Assembly: GCA_046563655.1 (NCBI GenBank)
Contig: CM102283.1
Location: 744,001 to 808,000 of the forward strand
From: Yuukianura sp. NJ FZ-2021
Taxonomy: Eukaryota
Direction: 5' to 3'
DNA length: 64,000 bases
Part shown: in pieces, positions 1-12,400 of the stretch
How the letters are laid out: the number at the start of each line of letters is the position of its first letter
Numbering within the stretch: the stretch's first letter is position 1
Made by a program: the position numbers and the translations under genes
The notes under the pieces: generated by a model
What the model was told of the DNA's origin: nothing
Databases searched by the model: none
Seen by the model: the letters and a program-made list of their open reading frames with translations, nothing else

Positions 1-133
1 GCACCCGAAAACCGCAAACAAGAAAAGCCGGGTATTTTCGTGACCCCAATTGGCACTTGAAGCCAAAAGTTAATTAAATTAAGGAAACGAGGTCACAAAT
101 TTCGAGTCATTAAATTGACCTGCGGAAGCCCTT

Positions 134-141
134 TATAAATA
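134..141 (+). promoter_or_regulatory. Candidate TATA box of the secreted peptide gene
   Basis: TATAAATA about 90 nt upstream of the ATG at 223; position only, no transcript evidence. Confidence 0.4.
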
Positions 142-222
142 GAAACTTTGAGTGAATTTGTTTCGTCTCCTGTTTCAAATAGAATTTTGGTCTGGTAAAG
201 TGGGTTCTCAGAAAACTTAAAA

Positions 223-480
223 ATGAAGGTTGCAATTATTTTGGCTGTCGTTGGAGTAGCTCTGATTGGTGGAGCCTTTGGAGGCGAAGCATCCAATCAC
301 CGTGCGATTCTGTGCGAAGACAAGAACGTGATTGAATTCTGGGAGTCAGATGACCTTCTGGACTTCCACTGTTTCTGCAAGGACACTTCTTGGTTCTGGT
401 GCAGAAAGGAAGCCAAACCAGCAGAGTCAAATGGATCCGAAGAGGGTGACCTCGGTGTCTCCATCCCCGCTGGACACTAA
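223..480 (+). CDS. Small secreted Cys-containing peptide, copy 1 (85 aa)
   Basis: Hydrophobic signal peptide MKVAIILAVVGVALIGGAFG, 4 Cys (C..CxC..C); a near-identical intact paralog lies at 4655-4912. Confidence 0.75.
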   Translation: MKVAIILAVVGVALIGGAFGGEASNHRAILCEDKNVIEFWESDDLLDFHCFCKDTSWFWCRKEAKPAESNGSEEGDLGVSIPAGH

Positions 481-1128
481 ATTTCTTAAACTTTAATTCT
501 ACAATTTCAGCTTTATCAAAAAATTGAATTTGATTGAATTCCTAAACTTTGTGCAACAAATTCAACACACTTGTCATTCGATTCATTCCTTTTATTCTAC
601 ACTACAGAAATACTGTAGTGTAGCGTCTGTACTGTAGGAGATGCTTTGTCTATAGATTGGTATTCGAGAAGTAACTCTTTGTCTTTTAGTTTTATTTGCG
701 ATTAAATAAAAATCGGCTGTTCCACAACAAAGCCAGTTGAAAACCAACGATATACAATTTTAATTTGGTATTTAATTCTCAACGAGCATGCATTTGTGTT
801 TTATTACAAAATTTTTCATTTTCAAATAATTCATTTTCTTTGCACGAAGAGGAATACAGACCAAAAAAATTTCACTGGAACTAAAGACTCAAAGATTCAG
901 ATAATTTTTTAACTTTGCCAATGGTTTGCAAAGGTCAAATATGCCCCCGTGTGTCGTCTGCTATAACTACCATTCAATCGCATGCAAAAGCCTTTTTTCC
1001 AAAAACTCAATTATTTAAAAACTCGTGAGCTAAATCCACATTACCTAAAAGTTCCACTACCTAAATTCCATTTGGTAAAAATTTAATTAACTTTTTTTCC
1101 CCACTCACGTTGATTTCAGTATAACTTA

Positions 1129-1522
1129 GGAAGCACGCCACTGATTCAACAGCAATTTGTCCAAATGAAAACGTTCAAAACAAATTGGTTCAAGGGACTA
1201 ATTGGTTCAATAGGTAAATTGGTTCAAGAGTGAAGTAGTTCAAAACCAATTGGCTCAAGAGTCCAATTGGTTTAAGAGGCAAATGGGTTAAAAAAAACGT
1301 GGATTTAGCATATGTAGATCCTGTTTTGTTTTCCCGCGCCTAAAGCACAGTGTTAGTTTTTAAATTCGCAATAATTATACGCTAGGTTAAGGTAGTGTAA
1401 AGTTTCTTGAACTTGTTTTTTTATGTTGCTTAACTTTTGAACCAATTTCCCTCTTGATCCAATTGGTTTTGAACCAATTCACACTTGCACTAGTTTGCCT
1501 CTTGAACCAATGGCATGGAACC
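1129..1522. mobile_element. MITE/foldback-type non-autonomous DNA transposon with 8-bp TSD
   Basis: TSD ATAACTTA at 1121-1128 and 1523-1530; GG..CC termini; left arm carries AATTGGTTCAA repeats and right arm TTGAACCAATT repeats. Confidence 0.75.
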
Positions 1523-1665
1523 ATAACTTATACGGGTTTCTCATCACAAAGTTTCTCCCTTTTTTGATGCCCTGCCAGTGCCACCGCAACGACTACAGTT
1601 TGATTCCAAAACTTAATCCTGACGCTGTATTTCTTTGCTAAAACTTGGTCTACAAGTATTACAAA

Positions 1666-4240
1666 ATGAATCTTTTGAAAATTTTGTTCGTGGTTGGCAT
1701 ATGGCTTCCACTTTCTCAATGCCAAGGAGCTAAAATATCTTGAAGGCGTCAATGAACTTGCAGCAGAATACCAAGATTCAGAAGTTCTTATTGTAAAAAT
1801 CAATTCAACCAAGTACGAACTCGATGTTGGGCCAATTACTTCAGTTCCCGTTATACTCCTGGGTAATCCAATTCGCGGGTTTGAAGTTAGGAGGGAATGG
1901 CGTAAAAGACCTTATTCAATTGTTATGTTCATCGTATACCCAACTGATGTCTTCGTACGCACACCCGGATTTGACAATTTTTTCCTTCGCTATTACCCTG
2001 AACCAGAAGCATACACGTTCATGTATATCAATGTGCTGATCAGCGAGTCCAACCGGAGCCTTATAAAAGATGAGCCGTCGATAGCGTTTTACGTGCCTTT
2101 GCCGAGACAAAATATGTTTACAACACATTATGTGTATCACCGGTATGCACAACGAGAAAGTACGAGCTACTACGCGATCCAAGACGTTGTGATGAGCCTT
2201 CGTTACGTTCCATATTCTAATGTGCACATGCTTTTCGCTGGGTATTCGGATTATTCACAACAGTTCGGAATTGGAGGATGCCATAACAACTCAAAGACGG
2301 TGTCAAAATGTAGGTCCGAGGTTGATATGACGATGGTTCCGTTTCTGGATGGATTGATCGTGGTCCCTGGTGATTACGTTGGAAAGTGTAACGGCATTTT
2401 CTTTGGTAAAACTTGCTCACCAGGAGCGACGGAATTGTATAGAAATCGATCTTTGTTAGAAACTGACACGAGGTTTTACCATGTCAAAGGATATTATGCG
2501 TGCTTACTTTGGGTCACCGACTCGGTCTATGCAAGAAGTGTATAACATTAATGATGTCGAATTGGCGAATTGGCTGCTCTTGGAAGCGGTAGAATTGTGG
2601 TTCTTTTTTAAAAATAGAACGATGGAACCGCTGCCATTGTTGACCGAACAGCTGAGGTACGGAAAATGACAATATGTTGAGCAACATTAAGTTGGAGAAA
2701 CTCGGTATGATTCCATTTTACCATGAACGATACCGAGCACGCCGATCAGTACTCCAAGTTGGGACGAGATGGATGACGTTTACTACCTGTGATGGGGTTC
2801 ATCAGCCGATGAACTTATATTTTTATGTGGCACCTTACGATATGGCTACGTGGATCGTCTATGTCGTTTGTATCTCAGTAATTTTACCAGTTATGGTCTT
2901 GTTATACCGAAAATGGAGTTTGTCGACGCCCGCTCCGTGGCGAGAAAACGTTGAGCTTATTCTATGAAGTTCTGTTTTTTAACGTCGCCGCGACATTCGA
3001 TATTGGCGAAAACGTTCCACACAGCCTTCAAAAGCATCCCCGGGCATTGCGTATAACCGAGTTGCTTCTTGGGACTTGGATGCTAGTCATGGTCGTTCTT
3101 GTTGGAGGTTACCGAGGAATTGTAGTTTCGGAGCTGACTCGGCCGGCAAACATTATCGCAAAACATTTCAATGTCTCGGAAATGCCAGGATTTGTGTTTT
3201 ACGCCCCGCAACATTACATGGACATGCATCTTGCGTTAGTTGAACAAAACACCAGCGTGCTCAGTGTTTACGGACAAAGATGGATCTACGCCTCGCAACT
3301 ACGGAATTGCCTGTGCTACCCGGAACTCGGCGAGGCGTTGGCCGGAGTGTCGGGCGTACGATTTGCGAATAACTGCAACTATGATGACTGTACACCAGTA
3401 CATAATTGTACACTCCTTCACAACAGTTTTGGTAGAATAAATAGGTCCGTTCCCACTGCGATGCCGCCCGGCTTTTGCAGGTATACTGATGGAGATTCTG
3501 AAGTCAAAATAATGGACCGGGTATATCGGGAAAACAGAACATTTTTGAAACCTAAGGGTGTCTACAGTGTGACAAGATTGTGGTAGTGGCCCACATGCCG
3601 GAACAACGGAAACCACTACGTACCACGCCAGAACCCTTTACTTTTGGAATTATCGTCCTCCAAGCCAGAGAATGGGTCACGCGATTATTATTGGCACAAA
3701 ACCAAACCTATCCGATCCCTCGACTCTGACTATGAACAACTGGTGAACCTTACAAAGTCCTGCGACAATGTTGGGTACATTGACTACGAAGAGGAATTGA
3801 ACATTGTCATGGCAAAGGCTGAAGAGATGGGTCACCGGCCGTACAGAATAGGTCGTTCCAAGCTCTTCAATTTCTGGGATGGTTTCATGTTGGTACATTA
3901 CCATCGCAAAGTTACTGCTCGGATGCACACACGGTTTCACCTTCTGATGCAATCAGGGATTCTACCGAACTGGATTATATGGCACCGTGAAAAGAGGCTA
4001 CCCGTGCCCACCAACGTCGCCAAACGTCTGCTACTATCACAGCCAAGAGTCCAAGCTGTCAAACTGTCGTCGAACGTCTACACAATTTTTGTGGCTTGTG
4101 GAGTTTGCTTTTTGTTCTGCCTTCTTGTGTTAAGCATTGAATCAGCGCCGATTTTGTCTGCGACTGCCGGGAAGTTTTATAGTAGTCGGCGTCGCGTTGA
4201 CCTGAGGCAGGCATTGGAAGTGTTTCGACTGCTATTTTAA
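1666..4240 (+). pseudogene. Frameshifted copy of the divergent ionotropic-receptor-like gene (pseudogene or consensus error)
   Basis: Collinear with the intact 5934-8492 ORF; frameshifts at about 1716, 2487, 2661, 2957 and 3565 split it into the ORF fragments seen in the track. Confidence 0.8.
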
Positions 4241-4654
4241 AAACTTTCATTTGTATTTTTTTTCCGTTTTGTCGATTTTTTAATTTCTGCCACCTATCAA
4301 AATTTTTGGTCACCCATCAAAATTTTTGCCGCGTAGATAGCTAAGTAGTAGTGGAAGTACCAATTAATTTAATGGACGTTTAATCATTCATCAATTCAGC
4401 ACAAATGAACGCGTTTGAATTGAATTTCAGTGCAGGAATTGATGTGCAACATTTGCAGTCAACAATAATGGGAAGGAACTGAATCGCATTTAAAACCATA
4501 CAAAAAATATGTTTAACACATCTAGAAATGAAACCTATTTAGCTTTCTAAACGTTTTTTAATGCTCAGTCCGCAAGAGAAGAATAGTCCTGAGGTCACCA
4601 TGTCCAAATGGTTGGGTGGGATCTCCGTAAACTGGGTTTTCAAAGAATTTGAAA

Positions 4655-4912
4655 ATGAAGGTAGTAATCATTTTGGCTGTTGTTGGAGTAGCTCTGATTG
4701 GTGGAGCCTTTGGAGGCGCAGCATCCAATCACCGTGCGATTCTGTGCGTAGACAAGAACGTGATTGAATTCTGGGAGTCAGATGACCTTCTGGACTTCCA
4801 TTGTTTCTGCAAGGACACTTCTTGGTTCTGGTGCAGAAAGGAAGCCAAACCAGCAGAGTCTAATGGATCCGAAGAGGGTGACCTCGGTGTCACCATCTCC
4901 GCTGGGCACTAA
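4655..4912 (+). CDS. Small secreted Cys-containing peptide, copy 2 (85 aa)
   Basis: ATG at 4655; differs from copy 1 at only a few residues and keeps all 4 Cys. Confidence 0.7.
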   Translation: MKVVIILAVVGVALIGGAFGGAASNHRAILCVDKNVIEFWESDDLLDFHCFCKDTSWFWCRKEAKPAESNGSEEGDLGVTISAGH

Positions 4913-5519
4913 ATTTCTTAAACTTTAATTCTACAATTTCAGCTTTATCAAAAAATTGAATTTGATTGAATTCCTAAACTTTGTGCATCAAACTCAACAC
5001 AATTGCATATTTATTTTACATAAGTAGGAAATGCCTTGTCTATAGATTGGTATTCGAGAAGTACTCTTTGTCTTTTAGTTTTATTTGAGCTTGAATAAAA
5101 ATCGGTTGTTTCACAATAAATCAAGTTGAAAATCAACGCTATTTTAATTTTGTATTAAATTCCCAACGAGCATGTTCATGTATTTTATTACAAAATTTAT
5201 TCATTTTCAAATACAGATTCATTTTATTTGTACGAACAGGAATACAGACCAAAAAAATCTTTGGAATTAAAGACTGGAAGATTCGAGATAATTTTTTGAC
5301 TTTGGCATGGTTTGCCAATGTCAAATATGTCCCCTTCGTGTCCTCTGCTATTGCTACCATTCTATCGCATGCAAAAGCCTTTTTGCCAAAAACTCAATTA
5401 ACTAAAAACTCGTGAGCTAAAAACCCATTATCTAATAGTCCCACTACCTAAATTCCACTTGGTAAAAATTAATTACTTAACTCTTTTTTCCCACTTACGT
5501 TGTTTTCATTATAAACTTA

Positions 5520-5800
5520 GGAAGCACGCCATTGGTTCAAGAACAATTGGTTCAAATGAAAAGGTTCAAAACAAATTGGTTGAATAGTCCAATTGGTTCA
5601 AGAGGCAAAATGGGTTCAAAAACAACGTGGATGTAGCATAAACCCTGTTTTGTTTTCCCTAATTTTTTAAATTCGCAATAATTAATATATGCTAGGTTAG
5701 GTAGTGTAAAGTTTCTTGAACTTGTTTTTTTTTATGTTGCTTAGCTGTTGAACCAATTGCCCTCTTGAACCAATTGGTTTTGAACCAATGGCATGGAACC
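5520..5800. mobile_element. Shorter duplicated copy of the 1129-1522 MITE
   Basis: GGAAGCACGCCATTGGTTCAA ... TTGAACCAATGGCATGGAACC imperfect TIRs; TSD degraded. Confidence 0.65.
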
Positions 5801-5933
5801 ATAATTTAAACGGGCTTCTCATCACAAAGTTTCTCCTTTTTTGATTCCCTCCAACCGCAACGACTACAGTTTGATTCCAAGCTTAAGCCTGACGGTATTT
5901 CTTTGCTAAATCTTGGTCTACAAATATTACAAA

Positions 5934-8492
5934 ATGAATCTTTTCAAAATTTTGTTCGTGGTTAGCATATGGCTTACACTTTCCAATGCCAAGGAGCTAA
6001 AGTATCTTGAAGGCGTCAATAAACTTGCAGCAGAATACCAAGATTCAGAAGTTCTTATTGTAAAAATCAATTCAACCAAGTACCAGCTCGATGTTGGGCC
6101 AATTACTTCAGTTCCCGTTATACTCCTGGATAATCCAATTCGCGGGTTTGAAGTTAGGAGGGAATGGCGTAAACGACCTTATTCAATTGCTATGTTCATC
6201 GTATACCCAACTAATGTCTTCGTACGCACACCCGGATTTGACAATTTTTTCCTTCGCTATTACCCTGATCCAGAAGCATACACGTTCATGTATGTCAATG
6301 TGCTGATCAGCGAGTCAAATCGGAGCCTTATAAAAGAGGCGCCGCCGACAGTTAGTAACTGGCCGAGACAAAATATGTTTACAACACATTATGTGTATCA
6401 CCGGTATACACAACGAGAAAGTACGAGCTACTACGCGATCCAAGACGTTGTGATGAGCCTTCGTTACGTTCCATATTCTAATGTGCACATGCTTTTCGCT
6501 GGGTATTCGGATTATTCACAACAGCTGGGAATTGGAGGATGCCATAACAAATCAAAGACGGTGTCAAAATGTAGATCCGAGATTGATATGACGATGGTTC
6601 CGTTTCTGGATGGATTGATCGTGGTCCCTGGTGATTACGCTGGACCGTGTAACGACATTTCCTTTAGCAAGACTTGCTCACCAGGAGCGACGGAATTGTA
6701 TAGAAATCGATCTTTGTTAGAAACTGACCCGAGGTTTTACCGTGTCAAGGATATTATGCGTGTATACTTTGGGTCACCGACTCGGTCCACGCCAGAAGTG
6801 TATAACATTAAGGATGTCGAGTTGGTGAATTGGCTGCTCTTGGAAGCGGTAGACTTGTGGTTCTTTTTTAAAAATAGGACGATGGAGGCGCTGCCATTGT
6901 TGAACAAACAGCTGAGGTACAAAAATGACAATATGTTGAGCGACATTAGGTTGGAGAAACTTGGTATGATTGCATTCTACCATGAACAGTACCGCGCACA
7001 CCGCTCAGTACTCCAAGTTGGGACGAGATGGATGACGTTTACTACCTGTGACGGGGTTCATCAGCCGATGAACTTATATTTTTACGTGGCACCTTACGAT
7101 GTGGCTACATGGATCGTCTATGTCGTCTGTATCTCACTAATTTTCCCACTTATGGTCTTGTTGTACCGAAAATGGAGTTTGTCGACGCCCGCTCCGTGGC
7201 GAGAAAACGTTGAGCTATTCTATGAAGTTCTGTTTTTTAACGTCGCCGCGACATTCGACATTGGCGAAAACGTTCCACACAGCCTTCAAAAGCATCCCCG
7301 GGCATTGCGAATAACCGAGTTGCTTCTTGGGACTTGGATGCTAGTCATGGTCGTTCTTGTCGGAGGTTACCGAGGAATTGTTGTTTCGGAGCTGACTCGG
7401 CCGGCAAACATTATCGCAAAACATTTCAATGTCTCGGAAATGCCAGGATTTGTGTTTTACGTCCCTAAACATTACATGGACATGCATTCGGCGTTAATTG
7501 AACAAAATACCAGCGTGCTCAGTGTTTACGGCCAAAAATGGATCTACGCCTCGCAACTACGCAATTGCCTGTGCTACCCGGAACTCAGCGAGGCGTTGGT
7601 CGGAGTGAAGCGTACGCTTTGCAATAACTACGACGAGGAAGACTGGACACGACTACATAATTGTACACTCCTTCACAACAGTTTTGGTAGTATAAATAGG
7701 TCCGTTCCCACCACAATGCCGCCCGGCTTTTGCAGGTATACTGAAGGAGATTCTGAAGTCAAAATAATGGACCGGGTATATCGGGAAAACAGAACATTTT
7801 TGAAACGTTGGAATGTACACTGTGGCAGGATTGTGGTAGTCGCCCAAATGCCGGAACAACGGAAACCACTAAGTACCACGCCAGAACCATTTACTTTTGG
7901 AATTATCGTCACTCAAGAAAGGAATGTGTCAGACGAGTATTTTTGGCGTAAAGACAACTATATCCGATCCCTCAACACTTACCATGAACAACTGGCGAAC
8001 CTTACAAAGTCCTGCGACAATGTTGGGTACATTGACTACGAAGAGGAATTGAACATTTTCATGGCAAAGGCTGAAGAGATGGGTCTCCGGCCGTACAGAA
8101 TGGGTCATTCCAAGCTCTTCAAATTCTGGGATGGTTTCATGTTGGTACATTACCATCGCAATGTTACTGCTCGGATGCACACACGGTTTCACCTTCTGAT
8201 GCAATCAGGGATTCTACCGAACTGGATTATATGGCACCGTGAAAAGAGGCTACCCGTGCCCACCAACGTCGCCAAACGTCTCCTACTAGCACAACCAAGA
8301 GTCCAAGCTGTCAAATTGTCGTCGAACATCCACACAGTTTTTGTGGCTTGTGGAGTTTGCCTTTTGTTCTGTCTTCTTGTGTTGAGCATTGAATCAGCGC
8401 CGATTTTGTCTGCGACTGTCAAGAAGTTGTATAGTAGTCGGCGTCGCTTTGACCTGAAGCAGGCATGGAAAGTGTTTCGACTGCTATTTTAA
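5934..8492 (+). CDS. Intronless divergent ionotropic receptor (IR/iGluR-like chemoreceptor), ~852 aa
   Basis: Signal peptide MNLFKILFVVSIWLTLSNA; pre-M1 FTTC...FYVAPYD..TW followed by a TM helix; M3-like LLLGTWMLVMVVLVGGYRGIVVSELTRP; LMQSGI..W and M4-like LSSNIHTVFVACGVCLLFCLLVLSIE. This is the topology of arthropod divergent IRs. Confidence 0.75.
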   Translation: MNLFKILFVVSIWLTLSNAKELKYLEGVNKLAAEYQDSEVLIVKINSTKYQLDVGPITSVPVILLDNPIRGFEVRREWRKRPYSIAMFIVYPTNVFVRTPGFDNFFLRYYPDPEAYTFMYVNVLISESNRSLIKEAPPTVSNWPRQNMFTTHYVYHRYTQRESTSYYAIQDVVMSLRYVPYSNVHMLFAGYSDYSQQLGIGGCHNKSKTVSKCRSEIDMTMVPFLDGLIVVPGDYAGPCNDISFSKTCSPGATELYRNRSLLETDPRFYRVKDIMRVYFGSPTRSTPEVYNIKDVELVNWLLLEAVDLWFFFKNRTMEALPLLNKQLRYKNDNMLSDIRLEKLGMIAFYHEQYRAHRSVLQVGTRWMTFTTCDGVHQPMNLYFYVAPYDVATWIVYVVCISLIFPLMVLLYRKWSLSTPAPWRENVELFYEVLFFNVAATFDIGENVPHSLQKHPRALRITELLLGTWMLVMVVLVGGYRGIVVSELTRPANIIAKHFNVSEMPGFVFYVPKHYMDMHSALIEQNTSVLSVYGQKWIYASQLRNCLCYPELSEALVGVKRTLCNNYDEEDWTRLHNCTLLHNSFGSINRSVPTTMPPGFCRYTEGDSEVKIMDRVYRENRTFLKRWNVHCGRIVVVAQMPEQRKPLSTTPEPFTFGIIVTQERNVSDEYFWRKDNYIRSLNTYHEQLANLTKSCDNVGYIDYEEELNIFMAKAEEMGLRPYRMGHSKLFKFWDGFMLVHYHRNVTARMHTRFHLLMQSGILPNWIIWHREKRLPVPTNVAKRLLLAQPRVQAVKLSSNIHTVFVACGVCLLFCLLVLSIESAPILSATVKKLYSSRRRFDLKQAWKVFRLLF

Positions 8493-9429
8493 AAACTTTC
8501 ATTTTTTTCGTTTTCCCCATTTTTTAATTTCTGCCACCCATCAGAAGTTGTCCCCAATGCATACCTAAGTAGTAGTGGAAGTACCAATTAATTTAATCAT
8601 TCATCAATTCAGCAAAGACGAACGCGTCTGAATTGAATTTCAGTGCACGAAACGATGTGCAACATTTGCAGTCAACAATGGGAGGGAACTGAGTCGCACT
8701 TAAAACCATTCAAAAAATATGTTTAACAAATGTAGAAATGAAACGAATTAGCTTTCTAAACGTTTTTGTTTAATGTGCAGTGCGCAAGAGAAGAATACCG
8801 ACCCGAGGTCATCATTCTTTTTGTGAATATTCATCTCATCAAGAAATTAGATCCCGACCATCAGTTTAGCGATAAACTAAACTGGGTGGTAATGGTAATT
8901 GAGTTCTTTCATCCTAAGAACTGGAGCTGTATGCGGTTTCAGAGAATTAGCACTACACATTTGACTCGGTGAGACTTTTTTTTTGGTTGACGCGCGCGAG
9001 TATATTTAAACTAAAATCTCAACAAGTCAACAACAAATCAATGGGTGTCCATTTGAAGATAACTATAGCTTTCTCCTTATTTGCATAATCAAAAAAGTTG
9101 AACTCACCAGAGGCGTCGTACCTGCAGTGCGGAAGTGACGCAAATACAGAAATGGGCAAATAGAATTAATTAAATTACACAAAAATTAGTTTCAATTAAT
9201 TTAGCAAATAAAATTGAATCAACTAGAATCAAATTAAATAAAATAAAATAAAATTGAATTATTTGAATTAAATTGAATGTAATTGATTTTAAAAAGATTT
9301 AATCGGATTAAATTAAACTAACGTTGAATATGAATTTGAAATTAAGTTGAATTTCGAGTAAAATTAAACAAAGACTATAAATGAAATTAAAAAGTATTGA
9401 GATTTGTCTTGTATTAAAATAGGAAACTC

Positions 9430-12400
9430 CAAAAAATACAAATTTTTTGCTTCAAGGGTGTGGTCAGCAGTTATGTTTTTTTGAAAAATTTGAATTTTTT
9501 TCACTTTACAACCTCGGAAACAAAGTTACATGCGTAAACCAACCTCGGAAGGGGTACCCTCAGAATAGTACCCCCTTGGGGTACCTTAGTAAAAAATTTC
9601 AAAATTTGTACTTAAAGGGCGTGGTCAGCCGTTATGTTTTTTTTGAAAAATTTCCATTTTTTTTTCACTTTACAACCTCGGAAACAATGTTACACCCGTA
9701 AAACAACCTCGGAAGCGGTACCCTCGGAAGGGTACCCCTTTGGGGTACCTTAGTGAAAAATTTCAAAATTTTTGCTTACAGGGCGTGGTCAGCAGTTATG
9801 TTTTTGAAAAATTTCCAATTTTTTTCTGATTTACAACCGCGGAACCAATGTTACACGCGTAAAACAACCTCGGAAGCGGTACCCTCAGAATAGTACCCCC
9901 TTGGGGTACCTTAGTAAAAAATTTCAAAATTTTTGCTTAAAGGGCGTGGTCAGCAGTTATGTTTTTTTGAAAAATTTCCAATTTTTTTCTGATTTACAAC
10001 CGCGGAACCAATGTTACACGCGTAAACCAACCTCGGAAGGGGTACCCTCAGAATAGTACCCCCTTGGGGTACCTTAGTAAAAAATTTCAAAATTTTTACT
10101 TAAAGGGCGTGGTCAGCCGTTATGTTTTTTTTGAAAAATTTCCATTTTTTTTCACTTTACAACCTCGGAAACAATGTTACACGCGTAAAACTACCTCGGA
10201 TGTGGTACCCTCGCAAGGGTACCCCTTTGGGGTACCTTAGTGAAAAATTTCAAAATTTTTGCTTACAGGGCGTGGTCAGCAGTTATGTTTTTTTGAAAAA
10301 TTTCCAATTTTTTTTTCTGATTTACAACCGCGGAACCAATGTTGCACGCGTAAAACAACCTCGGAAGCGGTACCCTCAGAATAGTACCCCCTTGGGGTAC
10401 CTTAGTAAAAAATTTCAAAATTTTTGCTTAAAGGGCGTGGTCAGCAGTTATGTTTTTTTGAAAAATTTCCAATTTTTTTTCTGATTTACAACCGCGGAAC
10501 CAATGTTACACGCGTAAACCAACCTCGGAAGGGGTACCCTCAGAATAGTACCCCCTTGGGGTACCTTAGTAAAAAATTTCAAAATTTTTACTTAAAGGGC
10601 GTGGTCAGCCGTTATGTTTTTTTTGAAAAATTTCCATTTTTTTTCACTTTACAACCTCGGAAACAATGTTACACGCGTAAAACTACCTCGGATGTGGTAC
10701 CCTCGCAAGGGTACCCCCTTGGGGTACCTTAGTAAAAAATTTCAAAATTTTTACTTAAAGGGCGTGGTCAGCAGTTATGTTTTTTTTGAAAAATTTCCAT
10801 TTTTTCTGATTTACAACCGCGGAACCAATGTTACACGCGTAAAACAACCTCGGAAGCGGTACCCTCAGAATAGTACCCCCTTGGGGTACCTTAGTAAAAA
10901 ATTTCAAAATTTTTGCTTAAAGGGCGTGGTCAGCAGTTATGTTTTTTTGAAAAATTTCCAATTTTTTTTCTGATTTACAACCGCGGAACCAATGTTACAC
11001 GCGTAAACCAACCTCGGAAGGGGTACCCTCAGAATAGTACCCCCTTGGGGTACCTTAGTAAAAAATTTCAAAATTTTTACTTAAAGGGCGTGGTCAGCCG
11101 TTATGTTTTTTTTGAAAAATTTCCATGCTTTTTTCACTTTACAACCTCGGAAACAATGTTACACGCGTAAAACTACCTCGGATGTGGTACCCTCGCAAGG
11201 GTACCCCTTTGGGGTACCTTAGTGAAAAATTTCAAAATTTTTGCTTACAGGGCGTGGTCAGCAGTTATGTTTTTTTGAAAAATTTCCAATTTTTTTTCTG
11301 ATTTACAACCGCGGAACCAATGTTGCACGCGTAAAACAACCTCGGAAGCGGTACCCTCAGAATAGTACCCCCTTGGGGTACCTTAGTAAAAAAATTTCAA
11401 AATTTTTGCTTAAAGGGCGTGGTCAGCAGTTATGTTTTTTGAAAAATTTCCAATTTTTTTCTGATTTACAACCGCGGAACCAATGTTACACGCGTAAACC
11501 AACCTCGGAAGGGGTACCCTCAGAATAGTACCCCCTTGGGGTACCTTAGTAAAAAATTTCAAAATTTTTACTTAAAGGGCGTGGTCAGCCGTTATGTTTT
11601 TTTTGAAAAATTTCATGCTTTTTTCACTTTACAACCTCGGAAACAATGTTACACGCGTAAAACTACCTCGGATGTGGTACCCTCGCAAGGGTACCCCTTT
11701 GGGGTACCTTAGTGAAAAATTTCAAAATTTTTGCTTACAGGGCGTGCTCAGCAGTTATGTTTTTTTGAAAAATTTCCAAATTTTTTTCTGATTTACAACC
11801 GCGGAACCAATGTTACACGCGTAAAACAACCTCGGAAGCGGTACCCTCAGAATAGTACCCCCTTGGGGTACCTTAGTAAAAAATTTCAAAATTTTTGCTT
11901 AAAGGGCGTGGTCAGCAGTTATGTTTTTTGAAAAATTTCCAATTTTTTTCTGATTTACAACCGCGGAACCAATGTTACACGCGTAAACCAACCTCGGAAG
12001 GGGTACCCTCAGAATAGTACCCCCTTGGGGTACCTTAGTAAAAAATTTCAAAATTTTTACTTAAAGGGCGTGGTCAGCCGTTATGTTTTTTTTGAAAAAT
12101 TTCCATTTTTTCACTTTACAACCTCGGAAACAATGTTACACGCGTAAAACTACCTCGGATGTGGTACCCTCGCAAGGGTACCCCTTTGGGGTACCTTAGT
12201 GAAAAATTTCAAAATTTTTGCTTACAGGGCGTGGTCAGCAGTTATGTTTTTTTTGAAAAATTTCCAATTTTTTTTCTGATTTACAACCGCGGAACCAATG
12301 TTACACGCGTAAAACAACCTCGGAAGCGGTACCCTCAGAAGGGTACCTCCTTGGGGTACCTTAGTAAAAAATTTCAAAATTTTTGCTTAAAGGGCGTGGT

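Larger units (their letters stand above)
195..8815. repeat. Tandem segmental duplication, two ~4.2-4.4 kb units (about 195-4600 and 4630-8815), each holding peptide gene, MITE and IR-like gene
   Basis: Coding and intergenic sequence are collinear and highly similar; both units end in gcaagagaagaata..gaggtca (about 4572-4598 and 8783-8811). Confidence 0.9.
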
